Below, one piece after another: positions 38,865-48,698 of a stretch of DNA of 64,000 bases. A model generated the notes under the pieces. The model saw only the letters and a list, made by a program, of their open reading frames with translations, was not told the DNA's origin and searched no databases. A program made the position numbers and the translations under genes. Positions within the stretch are counted from its first letter, which is position 1, and every line of letters starts with the position of its first letter. Source of the stretch: Vicinamibacteria bacterium. GTDB taxonomy: Bacteria > Acidobacteriota > Vicinamibacteria > Marinacidobacterales > Marinacidobacteraceae. Location of the stretch: assembly GCA_965199715.1 (NCBI GenBank), contig OZ241322.1, forward strand, positions 672,001-736,000. Reading direction: 5' to 3'.

Positions 38865-40171
38865 GCCCGGAACCGGCGCACCAGCGGAGCCGCCCAGAAG
38901 TAGAGCGCGAAGAGGTCGAGACCCCGCGAGAGCACGGTCGCCCAGCTCGCCGCGAGCACGCCGATGACGGCGATCGGCTCGGAAATGAGCGCGTACATGA
39001 GCCCGGCGACCGCGACGGTCTCGAGAATCCCCGCCCACGTGATCGCGTCCGTCTTGCCGCTCCAGACCATGAGCGCCCGGCAGAACGCGAGAAGCACCGA
39101 GAGCATCGGCATGAGCACGACGATCTGGAGCGCCGGGATCGAGAGCGCGGTCAGATCGGGAGTGAGGCCGGCCACCGACTCGAACCAGACGCCGGCGAGC
39201 GGGGTCGCGGCGATGAGCGCCTGCAACAGGGTGGCCCCGACCCCCAGCCACACCGCGAAGCGGAGGAGAATCCGGTAGCGCTCGCGGGTTCCGTCCAGCA
39301 GCGCGATGGCCACCTCCTGGAACGAGAGCCCCATGCTCCGGAACACGAAGGAGAGCGCGGCCACGACCGGATAGGACGCGAGCGACTCGAGCGCGAGGCG
39401 CGAGTGGCTCAGGAACAGGTTGATGAGAGGGTGGATGCCGAGCGCGATCACCGAGCTCACGAGCAGCGGCAGGTAGAACCGCAGGAACCGGGGCAGCGTG
39501 AGCGGCTCGCCGCTCGCGGGCTTCTTCATCACGCTGCGGATGCAGTCGGCGACCATCACCCGGGTGACCACCGCCTCCAGGACGACGGCGACCGAAAGCG
39601 CCGCCGCGCCGACCAGCGCGCCGGGCAGCGGCCCGCGGAAGAGCGCCGCCGCCGTCACCGCCATGCCGCCGAGCCGGATCACGGTCCCGTAGGCCACGCG
39701 GCGGGTGTGGCCGTGACTGATCATCACGCCTTGGTAGAAGCGGCGGTAGCCGATGGCCGCGGGCCACGGGAGCAGCATGAGCAACGCGAGGCGGCTCAGC
39801 TCGGACACCTCGGGTTCCACGTCCATGAGGATCGCCGTCGTCATCGGGTACAGCGGCGTGAGCACCCACAGGAGCGCCAGCGCGGTGAGGAACGCGTTCA
39901 GCCCGAGCCCGTAGCGCCGCAGACGGAGGAAGGCGTCCCGATCCCGGCAGAGCGCCGTCGAGGCGCTCAGCATCATGATGATCGGCGCCTCGAGCATGAG
40001 CGCGAACGCGAAGGCCACGCCGTACGCCGCGAGGTTCACGGTGGCGTCGGGGAGCCGGGCCACGATGCCGGCGACCAGCAGGCCCTCCATCGACATCATG
40101 AACCACGTCGCGCCCATGGGCGCCCAGAGCCGGAAGACCCGGCCCATGGTCAGCGGCTCGCCCGGCGTCAC
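38861..40171 (-). CDS. MATE/ANKH-like multi-pass membrane protein
   Basis: About 12 TMs, with LAAYGVAF, EAPIIMML and RRFYQG. Confidence 0.65.
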   Translation of the reverse strand: MTPGEPLTMGRVFRLWAPMGATWFMMSMEGLLVAGIVARLPDATVNLAAYGVAFAFALMLEAPIIMMLSASTALCRDRDAFLRLRRYGLGLNAFLTALALLWVLTPLYPMTTAILMDVEPEVSELSRLALLMLLPWPAAIGYRRFYQGVMISHGHTRRVAYGTVIRLGGMAVTAAALFRGPLPGALVGAAALSVAVVLEAVVTRVMVADCIRSVMKKPASGEPLTLPRFLRFYLPLLVSSVIALGIHPLINLFLSHSRLALESLASYPVVAALSFVFRSMGLSFQEVAIALLDGTRERYRILLRFAVWLGVGATLLQALIAATPLAGVWFESVAGLTPDLTALSIPALQIVVLMPMLSVLLAFCRALMVWSGKTDAITWAGILETVAVAGLMYALISEPIAVIGVLAASWATVLSRGLDLFALYFWAAPLVRRFRA

Positions 40172-41310
40172 GCCCGGACCCCCTCAAGATCGAACTCGCG
40201 CGCGAGGCCGTCGGCCAACTGGAGCCCGGCGCGCGTCGGCAGGACCCGGGGCGGCTCCAGCCGGACGAGGCCCCGATCTTCCCAGTCGGCGATCCGCTCC
40301 CGGTTCGCGGCGGCGACCTCCTCGGGGAAGCCGCCCAGATCCAGTCCGTCCACGGTGCGAAGGCCGAGGAGGACCTCCTCCAGCGCCGCCTGCCGCGGCG
40401 TGAGCGACTCGCCCCCCGCGTCGGGGGGGACGCCGCGCCCGAGCGCGTCCTCCCACGCGCCGACGCCGCGGTGGTTCCACGTCCGCCGCGCCTCGGCGGG
40501 AGCGAACGAATGCGCCGACGGGCCAACGCCGGTGTAGGGGGCGCGCTGCCAGTACTTCTGGTTGTGCGGGGACCGGCGCCCCGGCTCGCGGGCGAAGTTG
40601 CTGACTTCGTAGGCGAGGAAGCCCTCGCCCTCGAGCGTCTCGTGCACCAGCGGGAAGAACGCCTCGTCCGCCGGCGTCTCGCCCTTGCGCGCGAAGGGCG
40701 TGCCCGGCTCGATCGTCAGCTCGTAGGCCGACAGGTGGGTCACGCCGACAAGCGCCGCCGCCTCGCGCAGCTCCCGGACGAGGCCGGCCGCGGTCTGCCC
40801 GCGGGTCCCGTAAATCACGTCGAGCGAGATCCACGGGGTTCCGGCGGCGGCCAGCCGCTCCACGGCGATCCGGACGTCGGCGGTCCGGTGCCGCCGTCCC
40901 AGAAACCGCAGCCGCTCGTCGTCGAGCGCCTGCGCCCCGAGGCTGACTCCAAGGATCCCGGCCTCGACCCACGCTTCGGCGAGCGTCGGGTCATGAACGA
41001 GATCCTCGGGATTCGCCTCGACGGTGCGGAACGCGCCGGGCCGGACGTGCCCCGCGTCCTCGGCCGCCTCGATCCACTCGGCGAGCATCCCGGAGGGCGC
41101 GAGCGAGGGAGTCCCGCCGCCGAAGTAGAGCGTGTCGGCGCCGGCCGGCGGACGCAGCGCGAACTCGTCGAGCAGCGCCCGGCCGAAGCGTTCGAGGCGG
41201 GCGTGCGGATCCCGGCCCGCCCGGGTCACCGCAAAGTCGCAGTAGGGGCAGATCCGGTCGCAGAAGGGGACGTGGACGTAGAAACCCGGAAGCAGCCCCG
41301 CTCCCGTCAC
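40168..41310 (-). CDS. hemW: Radical SAM heme chaperone HemW (HemN-like)
   Basis: YVHVPFCDRICPYCDF, YFGGGTPS, YEVSNFA and HNQKYW. Coupled downstream of lepA. Confidence 0.9.
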   Translation of the reverse strand: MTGAGLLPGFYVHVPFCDRICPYCDFAVTRAGRDPHARLERFGRALLDEFALRPPAGADTLYFGGGTPSLAPSGMLAEWIEAAEDAGHVRPGAFRTVEANPEDLVHDPTLAEAWVEAGILGVSLGAQALDDERLRFLGRRHRTADVRIAVERLAAAGTPWISLDVIYGTRGQTAAGLVRELREAAALVGVTHLSAYELTIEPGTPFARKGETPADEAFFPLVHETLEGEGFLAYEVSNFAREPGRRSPHNQKYWQRAPYTGVGPSAHSFAPAEARRTWNHRGVGAWEDALGRGVPPDAGGESLTPRQAALEEVLLGLRTVDGLDLGGFPEEVAAANRERIADWEDRGLVRLEPPRVLPTRAGLQLADGLAREFDLEGVRA

Positions 41311-43136
41311 GCGGTGGGGCTCGACTTCAGCACTTCCACGAACGCCGACTGCGGGATCTGGACGTTCCCCACCTGCTTCATCCGCCGCTTGCCTTCCTTC
41401 TGGCGCTCGAGCAGCTTGCGCTTGCGGCTCACGTCGCCGCCATAGCACTTGGCGGTGACGTCCTTGCGCAGGGCGCGGATGTTGGTGCGGGCGATGATCT
41501 TCCCGCCGATGGCCCCCTGGATCGCGATCTTGAAGTTGTGCATCGGGATCACTTCGGCGAGCCGCTCGCAGTAGCGCAGCGCCCGGGGGCGCGCCTTCTC
41601 GACGTGGACGAGCTGCGAGAGCGCGTCCACCCGCTCCTGGTTCACGAGGATGTCCACCTTGACCAGTTCGGTCGGGCGGTAGTCGAGCAGCTCGTAGTCG
41701 TAGCTGCCGTACCCCCGCGACACCGTCTTCAGCCGGTCGTGGAAGTCGAACAGCACTTCCGCGAGCGGAAGCTCGGCGACGATCTCGATGCGCCGGCTGG
41801 AGCGGTAGTGCATCCGCGTGGCCCCGGCGCGGCGCTCGCCGAGGAGCTCCATGATCGCGCCGACGGCGCGCTCGGGGGCCAGCACGTTGGCCCGGATCCA
41901 CGGCTCCTCGGCGCCGCGTATCTGCGCCGGGTCGGGGTAGAGCGCCGGGTTCTCGACCTCGTGGACCGCGCCGTCGCCGGTCGTGATCCGGTAGCGGACG
42001 CTCGGCGCCGAGATGAGCAGCGAGAGTCCGTGCTCGCGCTGGAGGCGCTCCTGGACCACGTCGAGATGCAGGAGGCCGAGGAACCCGCAGCGGAACCCGA
42101 AGCCGAGCGCGTTCGAAGAATCGCGTTCGTACACGAGCGCCGGGTCGTTCAGCGCGAGGCGATCGAGGCCCGACTCCAGCTCGCTGTAGTCGTCGGTGGA
42201 GATCGGGTAGAGCGAGCTGAACACCACCGGCTTCGCCTCGCGGTAGCCGGGCAGCGACTCCGGCGCCGCGCGGTCGGCGTCCGTCACGGTGTCGCCGATC
42301 GCGATGTCGCGGATGTTGCGGATGCCGCAGATCGCGTACCCCACCGCCCCCGAGCGAAGCTCGGCGATCCGTTTCCGCCGTAGGCGGATGAGCCCGACCT
42401 CCTCGACGGCGTATTCCTTCGCCGAGTGCATCAGGCGCACGCGAGAGCCGGGACGAATGGTTCCGTCCACGACCCGCAGCAGCAGCACGACCCCGCGGTA
42501 GGCGTCGTAGGAGGCGTCGAAGATGAGCGCCCGCAGCGGCGCGTCGGGATCGCCGCCCGGCGGCGGGAAGCGCTCGACGACCGCCTCGAGCACGTCGTCC
42601 ACCCCGTCCCCGCGCTTCGCCGACGCGAGGACCGCGCCGAAGGGGTCCAGCCCCAGCTCGTCGTCGATCTCCTCGCGCACGCGCTCCGGGTCCGCCGCGG
42701 GGAGGTCGATCTTGTTGATCACCGGCACGAGCGCGAGGTCGTATTCCATGGCCACGAAGAAGTTGGCCACGGTCTGGGCCTCGACGCCCTGCGAGGCGTC
42801 CACGAGCAGCAGCGCTCCCTCGCAGGACATGAGCGACCGGCGCACCTCGTGGGAGAAGTCCACGTGGCCCGGGGTGTCGATCAGGTTCAGCAGGTACTTC
42901 CGGCCGTCCGCCGCCGTGTGCTGCAGCGTGACGCTGTTCGACTTGATCGTGATGCCGCGCTCGCGCTCCAGTTCCATGGAATCGAGCAACTGGTCGCGGA
43001 ACTCCCGCTCGGCGACCCCGCCGCAACGCTGGATCAGCCGGTCCGCCAGCGTGGACTTGCCATGGTCCACGTGCGCGATGATGCAGAAGTTCCGAATCCG
43101 CTCCCTCGGGAAGGCTTCCGCCGGCGCGGAGGGCAA
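41307..43136 (-). CDS. lepA: Elongation factor 4 (LepA)
   Basis: IIAHVDHGKSTLADR, RERGITIK, GFRCGFLGLLH and KDVTAKCYGGDVSRKRKLL. Confidence 0.97.
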   Translation of the reverse strand: MPSAPAEAFPRERIRNFCIIAHVDHGKSTLADRLIQRCGGVAEREFRDQLLDSMELERERGITIKSNSVTLQHTAADGRKYLLNLIDTPGHVDFSHEVRRSLMSCEGALLLVDASQGVEAQTVANFFVAMEYDLALVPVINKIDLPAADPERVREEIDDELGLDPFGAVLASAKRGDGVDDVLEAVVERFPPPGGDPDAPLRALIFDASYDAYRGVVLLLRVVDGTIRPGSRVRLMHSAKEYAVEEVGLIRLRRKRIAELRSGAVGYAICGIRNIRDIAIGDTVTDADRAAPESLPGYREAKPVVFSSLYPISTDDYSELESGLDRLALNDPALVYERDSSNALGFGFRCGFLGLLHLDVVQERLQREHGLSLLISAPSVRYRITTGDGAVHEVENPALYPDPAQIRGAEEPWIRANVLAPERAVGAIMELLGERRAGATRMHYRSSRRIEIVAELPLAEVLFDFHDRLKTVSRGYGSYDYELLDYRPTELVKVDILVNQERVDALSQLVHVEKARPRALRYCERLAEVIPMHNFKIAIQGAIGGKIIARTNIRALRKDVTAKCYGGDVSRKRKLLERQKEGKRRMKQVGNVQIPQSAFVEVLKSSPTA

Positions 43137-43137
43137 C

Positions 43138-44910
43138 TCAGGGGCGCGCCGCGGGGACGAGCGTGAACTCGAGCCGCTCGCCGTCCCGCAGCACGACGAC
43201 CCGAATCGGCTCGCCGATGCGGGCGGCCTCGAGGGCGTTCATGTAGTCGTAGATGTTGAGGACCGCCGTCCCGTCGAACTCGACCACGACGTCGCCCTGC
43301 CGCAGGCCGGCCTTCTCGGCGGGACCGCCCGCCATCACCCCGCCGAGCAGGAGTCCCTCGACCTCGGTGGCGTACTCCGGAATCGTGCCCGTATAGACCC
43401 GCGCTGCGGCCCGGGAGGGCGCTTCCTCGGCGGTCCGCTCCACCCGGATGAACTCCGGAACCGGATCGGTCGCGGCGACCCGGCGGGCGACGAGACCGGC
43501 GAAGCGGGAGACTCGCGACAGGTCCTCGTAGTTGAGCTTGTCGGCGGTGTCGCTCGGCTTGTGGTAATCCTCGTGGACGCCGGTGAAGAGGTTCAGCGTC
43601 GGAATCCCCGCGCCGTTGAAGGCGGACGAGTCGGTGGGCAGCCACGGGTCGTCGCTCAGCGCCAGATCGAACCCGGCGGGGACGTTCGCCGCCTCGACGA
43701 TTCCCGGCCAGACGGGCGACGACCCCATCGCCTGCACCACGAGGCGGTTCTCGCGCATTCGGCCGACCATGTCGAGGTTCACGTAGGCGGCGACGTCCTC
43801 CGGCTCGAGGACGTTCCGGACGAAGGCGTTCGAACCGAGCAGTCCAGACTCCTCCCCCGACCAGAACGCGACCATCAGCGGCCGCTCCAGAGGGGCGGCG
43901 GCGACCGCCCGCGCCAGCGCGAGCGCCGCAGCGGTTCCCGAGGCGTTGTCGTCCGCGCCCGGATGCACGGCGGCGGGGCCGTGCGGGTCGAGCGAGCCGG
44001 ATCCGCCCATGCCGAGATGGTCGTAGTGCGCTCCGACGACGACCCACGGCGGCGAGAGATCGCCGGACGCGGACGGAAGGAGGCCGGCGACGTTCGCTCC
44101 GGACGAGCGGTTGCGCCGGAGCCGGACGTCCAGCACCGCGGTCCCCGGAAGCGGGAAGGAGCCCGCGGTCGGGTCTCCCCCGTCGAGGTGGTCCTGGATC
44201 TCGCCGACCGAGTAGCCGCTGCCGGCGAAGAGCCGGTCGCCGGCGGCGCCGTCCACCGAGACCGCGGCGATTCCCTGGGTTCCCGGCGCGGCGACGTCGA
44301 ACCCGCCGCTCACGAGGCTGCCGGGATTCGCCGAGCGCGGCCCAGTGAGAATCACGAGGCCGACCGCGCCGAGGTCCCTCGCGGCGGCCGCCTTCGCCCG
44401 GAGGCTCGCGCCCCGGTTCAGCGCGGCTCGCGTCTCGTCGGGGACGTCTTCCGGGAAGTAGCGCAGCGCGACCACCACGTTCCCCTCGACCTCGAGCCCG
44501 GCGAAGCTGTCGTACGCGACCGGAGCGTTTTCCGGGAGCCGGATCCCGTAGCCGGCGAACACGACGCCGCCGCGAACCTCGCCCGACTCCGAGAACGCGA
44601 GCGCCCGCACCTGGTCCGAACCGAAGCGCTGGTGGCCGCCGACCCGGAAGGACGACCCCTCGTCCTCGACGCCGGACACGAACTCGAAGGGAACCGCGAG
44701 GTCGCCTCGTCCGGGGACGGGGCGCGCGCCCATGGCCTCCAGCTCGGCGACCAGATACCGCCGCGCCTGCGCCGCGCCCTCGCTGCCGACGGCCCGCCCG
44801 GCGGTCCCGGGGGCGGTCAGCGCGAGCACGTCCGTGCGCACCTCGTCGGGGGTCTGGGCGAAGGCGGCGGAAGCGAGGCCCGCCGCGAGCGGGAGGGTCA
44901 TGGACTTCAT
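43138..44910 (-). CDS. M28 family metallopeptidase with PA and PDZ domains
   Basis: GAHYDHLG, GADDNASG, GEESGLLGS, NLDMVG, DYHKPSD and C-terminal GPAEKAGLRQGDVV. Confidence 0.88.
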   Translation of the reverse strand: MKSMTLPLAAGLASAAFAQTPDEVRTDVLALTAPGTAGRAVGSEGAAQARRYLVAELEAMGARPVPGRGDLAVPFEFVSGVEDEGSSFRVGGHQRFGSDQVRALAFSESGEVRGGVVFAGYGIRLPENAPVAYDSFAGLEVEGNVVVALRYFPEDVPDETRAALNRGASLRAKAAAARDLGAVGLVILTGPRSANPGSLVSGGFDVAAPGTQGIAAVSVDGAAGDRLFAGSGYSVGEIQDHLDGGDPTAGSFPLPGTAVLDVRLRRNRSSGANVAGLLPSASGDLSPPWVVVGAHYDHLGMGGSGSLDPHGPAAVHPGADDNASGTAAALALARAVAAAPLERPLMVAFWSGEESGLLGSNAFVRNVLEPEDVAAYVNLDMVGRMRENRLVVQAMGSSPVWPGIVEAANVPAGFDLALSDDPWLPTDSSAFNGAGIPTLNLFTGVHEDYHKPSDTADKLNYEDLSRVSRFAGLVARRVAATDPVPEFIRVERTAEEAPSRAAARVYTGTIPEYATEVEGLLLGGVMAGGPAEKAGLRQGDVVVEFDGTAVLNIYDYMNALEAARIGEPIRVVVLRDGERLEFTLVPAARP

Positions 44911-46025
44911 CGGGCCGGGGCCTCCGCGAGGGCGGCGAGGGCGGCCTCGTGGTTCCAGTCGGCGAGGTAAATCTGGCCCCCGTCGCCGCCGCCGTGCCGG
45001 GTGGAAGTCCACGAGAGGCCATCGCCGTTGGGCGTGGGCACCGGCAGTCCGTCGAACCCGTCCGTGGTCGTGATCCGCACCGGCTCCTTCGTCCCCTCGA
45101 CGTCCACGACGAACACCTCGAAATTCGAGAAGCCGTGCTTGTTCGAGGCGAAGAGCACGTACTCGCCGGACGGATGGACGTACGGCGCCCAGCTCATGGA
45201 TCCGAAGTCGGTCAGCTTGCGCTGGTCGCTCCCGTCGGCGGCCATGCTCCAGATGTCGGCGGTGAGGCCGTCCTCCGAGAACCGCCGCCAGATGATCCGG
45301 GAGCCGTCGGGGAAGTAGAACGGGCCGCCGTCGTACCCCGGAACGTGGGTCAGCCGCTCCTTCGCGCTCCCGTCGGCGCGCATCCGCCAGATTTCTCCGA
45401 AATAGGCCGGGTCGATTTCGGCGAGGCGCCGCTCTCGGTCGGTGAGTCCCGGCGCGAACTGCTCGCGCAGCGAGGTGAAGACGATCCACTCCCCATCCGG
45501 CGAATAGCTGGCCTCGGCGTCGTAGCCCACGGCGTCGGTGAGGCGCACGAGCTCGCCCGTGTCCCGTCGCTCGACGAACACGTCCATCGAAGCGTCGTAG
45601 TCCCACTCGTAGCGCCGCTCCCGGCCGCTCTCCCGGAACTCGATCTCCTCGCGCTGCAGTTCCTCGGCGCGCGGATCCTCGTGGGTGGAGCCGAACAGGA
45701 TGTCGCCGCTGGCCGGGTTGACGAACGCGCAGGTGGTCTTCCCGATTCCCGGCGACACCCGCCGGACGTCGCCGGTCACGAGCGACAGCAGGTAGATCTG
45801 GTAGAACGGGTTTCCCGGCTCCCGCTCCGACTGGAAGACCATCTGGGTCCCGTCGGCGGAGAAATACCCCTCCCCGGCGCGTCGCCCCTCGACCGTGAGC
45901 CGGCGGATCCGGTCCAGAAAGCGGGACTCGTCCGGCTCTTCGGCGAGCGCGGGCGGCTCCGCTGCGAAAAGAAGCAGGAGTGCGATAAGCACGCGGCCGG
46001 GGTACCGCCGCGACGACTGGATCAT
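44907..46025 (-). CDS. PD40/TolB-like beta-propeller protein
   Basis: Repeated YDAEASYSPDG, YDGGPFYFPDG and SWAPYVHPSG units, with a signal peptide. Confidence 0.88.
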   Translation of the reverse strand: MIQSSRRYPGRVLIALLLLFAAEPPALAEEPDESRFLDRIRRLTVEGRRAGEGYFSADGTQMVFQSEREPGNPFYQIYLLSLVTGDVRRVSPGIGKTTCAFVNPASGDILFGSTHEDPRAEELQREEIEFRESGRERRYEWDYDASMDVFVERRDTGELVRLTDAVGYDAEASYSPDGEWIVFTSLREQFAPGLTDRERRLAEIDPAYFGEIWRMRADGSAKERLTHVPGYDGGPFYFPDGSRIIWRRFSEDGLTADIWSMAADGSDQRKLTDFGSMSWAPYVHPSGEYVLFASNKHGFSNFEVFVVDVEGTKEPVRITTTDGFDGLPVPTPNGDGLSWTSTRHGGGDGGQIYLADWNHEAALAALAEAPAR

Positions 46026-46089
46026 GGAGCGAGGGGGTGCGGACCGGCCGAACGAGAGCCGGATTCTACACCGGCGCCCCCGCCCCCGA

Positions 46090-47397
46090 TCAGCGCTCGC
46101 GCGCCGGGCGCGCCCGGTACTTCTCGTAGAGATCCTGGTGGCGGTTGTCGAGCGGAACGGGAACGCCGTCGATGAACACGTGGCGCACGCCGGTCCGGAT
46201 CTCGAGCGGGTCGCCGTCCACGAGGATCAGGTTCGCCACCTTCCCCTCCTCGATCGTCCCGAAATCCTCGTCGAGACCGAACAGTCGCGCCGGCGTCACG
46301 GTGATCGCCCGGATCGCCTCGTCCCGGGGGAGTCCGTAGCCGACCGCGTGGCCCGCCTCGTACGGCAGCAGGCGCGAGTTCGCGGAACCGAACGTCGCGA
46401 ACGCCACGGTCACGCCGGCGGCGTGGAGTTCGCCGGGGGTCGTGAACGGGCGGTCGTACGGCGCGTCCTCCCCGGACGGCAGCCGCTGGGTCGGGCCGAG
46501 AATCACCGGGACGCCCTTGTCCGCGAGCAGCTCCTTCACTTCCCACGCGCCGTTCCCGCCGAGCAGGATCATCCGCACCCGCTGCTCCTCGGCGAACGCC
46601 ACCGCCTCGCGAATCTCGCGGGCCCGGTGGGCGACGACGAGGAACGGCATGTCCCCGTCGAGCACGGGACCGAGCGCCTCGAGCCGCAGGTCGCGCCGCG
46701 CGGTTCCGGCCTCGACCTCGGCGGCGTGACGGCGCGCCGCCGCCAGCACGTCGGCGAGTTCGGCGACCGCCTTGCGGTACGCCTCGTCGGCCTCGCGGAA
46801 GGGCCGCCGCTCCACTTGGAACGTCTGCATGTTGAAGGAGCGGGTGTTTCGGTCGGGCCACACGAGGACCATTCCGGCCGACGGCTGGATCCCCATCTCC
46901 TCGACCGTCCACCCGTCGAGGTTCACGATGGAGGCCTGGCCGGTGATCCCCGCGCCGCCGCGCCCGCCGATTCCTCCGGGAGCCACGACGGCGTGGGTGA
47001 TCCCGTTCGCCCGCGCGACCGGGAGATGCTCGCTCGCCGGGTGGACCGCGGTCGCGACCCGAAGGTGCGGGTTCATCTCGCCGAGCTCGGTCGTGTCCAC
47101 GGTGGCCGCGATCGCGCCGATCTCGGTGAGGCCGAGCTGGCTCACCGAATCCATCATGCCGGGATAGACGTGAAGGCCGGTCGCGTCGAGCCGCTCGGCG
47201 ACCTCCGGCGCGGCGACGTCCCCGATGGCGACGATCCGACCGTCGCGGATGAGCACCGAGGCGTCCTCGAGCGGCGCCTCGCCCTCGACCAGCGTATGGA
47301 CCGTGGCCCCGGTGATGAGCCAGCCGCCCTCCTCCTGGGCCGCCGCCGGAGCCGCCAGCAGGACCGCCGCGAGCGCGACCATGGCGCGTCCGGTCAT
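46090..47397 (-). CDS. Secreted amidohydrolase-family protein (HxH metal motif absent)
   Basis: DATGLHVYPGMMDSVSQLG and GTIEEGKVANL. Confidence 0.85.
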   Translation of the reverse strand: MTGRAMVALAAVLLAAPAAAQEEGGWLITGATVHTLVEGEAPLEDASVLIRDGRIVAIGDVAAPEVAERLDATGLHVYPGMMDSVSQLGLTEIGAIAATVDTTELGEMNPHLRVATAVHPASEHLPVARANGITHAVVAPGGIGGRGGAGITGQASIVNLDGWTVEEMGIQPSAGMVLVWPDRNTRSFNMQTFQVERRPFREADEAYRKAVAELADVLAAARRHAAEVEAGTARRDLRLEALGPVLDGDMPFLVVAHRAREIREAVAFAEEQRVRMILLGGNGAWEVKELLADKGVPVILGPTQRLPSGEDAPYDRPFTTPGELHAAGVTVAFATFGSANSRLLPYEAGHAVGYGLPRDEAIRAITVTPARLFGLDEDFGTIEEGKVANLILVDGDPLEIRTGVRHVFIDGVPVPLDNRHQDLYEKYRARPARER

Positions 47398-48698
47398 CGC
47401 CCTTCTCCCTTCGGCGCCGCGAGGCGCTCCTCGAGCTCCGCCCGCTCCCGAATCATCGCGTCGCGCATCGCCGCGTCCTTTTCCATGCTGAAGGCGATCT
47501 CGCCGTCGAGAATCGTGAACTGGTTCACCGCATAGACGCTCAGCGGGTGGCGGTCGAAGATGGCGAGATCCGCGTCCTTGCCGACCTCGATGGAGCCGAC
47601 CCGGTCGTCGATCCCAAGCTGGATCGCGGGGTTGATGGTGATCGTCGCGAGCGCCTGCTCCTCGGTCATCCCGCCCCACTTGACCGCCTTGGCCGCCTCC
47701 TGGTTCAGGTGCCGCGCCTCTTCGGCGCTGTCCGAGTTGATCGAGACGAGGACGCCGCGCTCGGCCATGAGCGCGGCGTTGTGCGGGATCGCGTCGTAGG
47801 CCTCGACCTTGTACGCCCACCAGTCGGAGAAGGTGGAGGCTCCGGCGCCGTGCTCGGCGATCTCGTCGGCGACCTTGTAGCCCTCGAGCACGTGCTGGAG
47901 GGTGGCGATCCGGACCCCGAACTCCTCGGCGACCCGCAGGAGCTGGAGGATCTCGTCCTGCCGGTAACAGTGGGCGTGGACCAGCCGCTCGCCCTCGAGA
48001 ACCTCGACCAGCGGCTCGAGCGTCAGGTTCCGCGCCGGCGGAAGCGCGCGCTCGCCCCGGGCGACCGCCTCCTCGTATGCGCTCAGACGTTCCCGATAGG
48101 CCTCGGCGTCGAGGAACGCCCGGCGGATCACGTCCACGACTCCCATGCGGGTCGCCGGATAGCGCCGCTCGACGCCCGGCGGCGTGCCGCGCGCGCGTTT
48201 CGGGTTCTCGCCGAGCGCGAACTTGATCCCCGGCGGCGCGCCGTCGAACACGAGCTCAGCGGCGGCGGCGCCCCAGCGGTGCTTGATGATGACGTTCAGC
48301 CCGCCGATCGGGTTCGCGCTGCCGTGGAGGACGTTCGAGGTCGTGACTCCGCCCGCGAGCTCGCGGTAGATGTTCACGTCGTAGGGATCCACGACGTCGC
48401 CGGTTCCGGTCATCGACGAGACCGAGACGCTGCCCTCGTTGATGGACTCCGCCGCGATGTGGGAGTGCGCGTCGATGATCCCCGGGATCACGAACATCCC
48501 CGATGCGTCGAGAATCTCCGCGCCGTCGGGACGCGACACGGTCGGGCCGACCTCGGCGATCCTCCCGTCCCGGATGAGGACCGCTCCCGGCGAGATGGTC
48601 TCGCCGATCCCGGTGAGGACCGTGCCTCCCTCCACGACGAGCTCCTGCGCCCCGGCCGGAAGCGCGGCCAGTAGCGCGAGCAGCAGTCCGATCCTCAT
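47394..48698 (-). CDS. Secreted amidohydrolase (intact metal ligands)
   Basis: PGIIDAHSH, KFALGENPK, HCYR, LQHVLEGY, NSD and GSIEVGKDADL. Confidence 0.9.
   Translation of the reverse strand: MRIGLLLALLAALPAGAQELVVEGGTVLTGIGETISPGAVLIRDGRIAEVGPTVSRPDGAEILDASGMFVIPGIIDAHSHIAAESINEGSVSVSSMTGTGDVVDPYDVNIYRELAGGVTTSNVLHGSANPIGGLNVIIKHRWGAAAAELVFDGAPPGIKFALGENPKRARGTPPGVERRYPATRMGVVDVIRRAFLDAEAYRERLSAYEEAVARGERALPPARNLTLEPLVEVLEGERLVHAHCYRQDEILQLLRVAEEFGVRIATLQHVLEGYKVADEIAEHGAGASTFSDWWAYKVEAYDAIPHNAALMAERGVLVSINSDSAEEARHLNQEAAKAVKWGGMTEEQALATITINPAIQLGIDDRVGSIEVGKDADLAIFDRHPLSVYAVNQFTILDGEIAFSMEKDAAMRDAMIRERAELEERLAAPKGEGR

Noticed and set aside
43138-46025. Possible frameshifted PD40-M28 fusion
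   Set aside because: The M28 ORF has its own signal-peptide-like start and a normal ATGA overlap, so two genes is the simpler reading.
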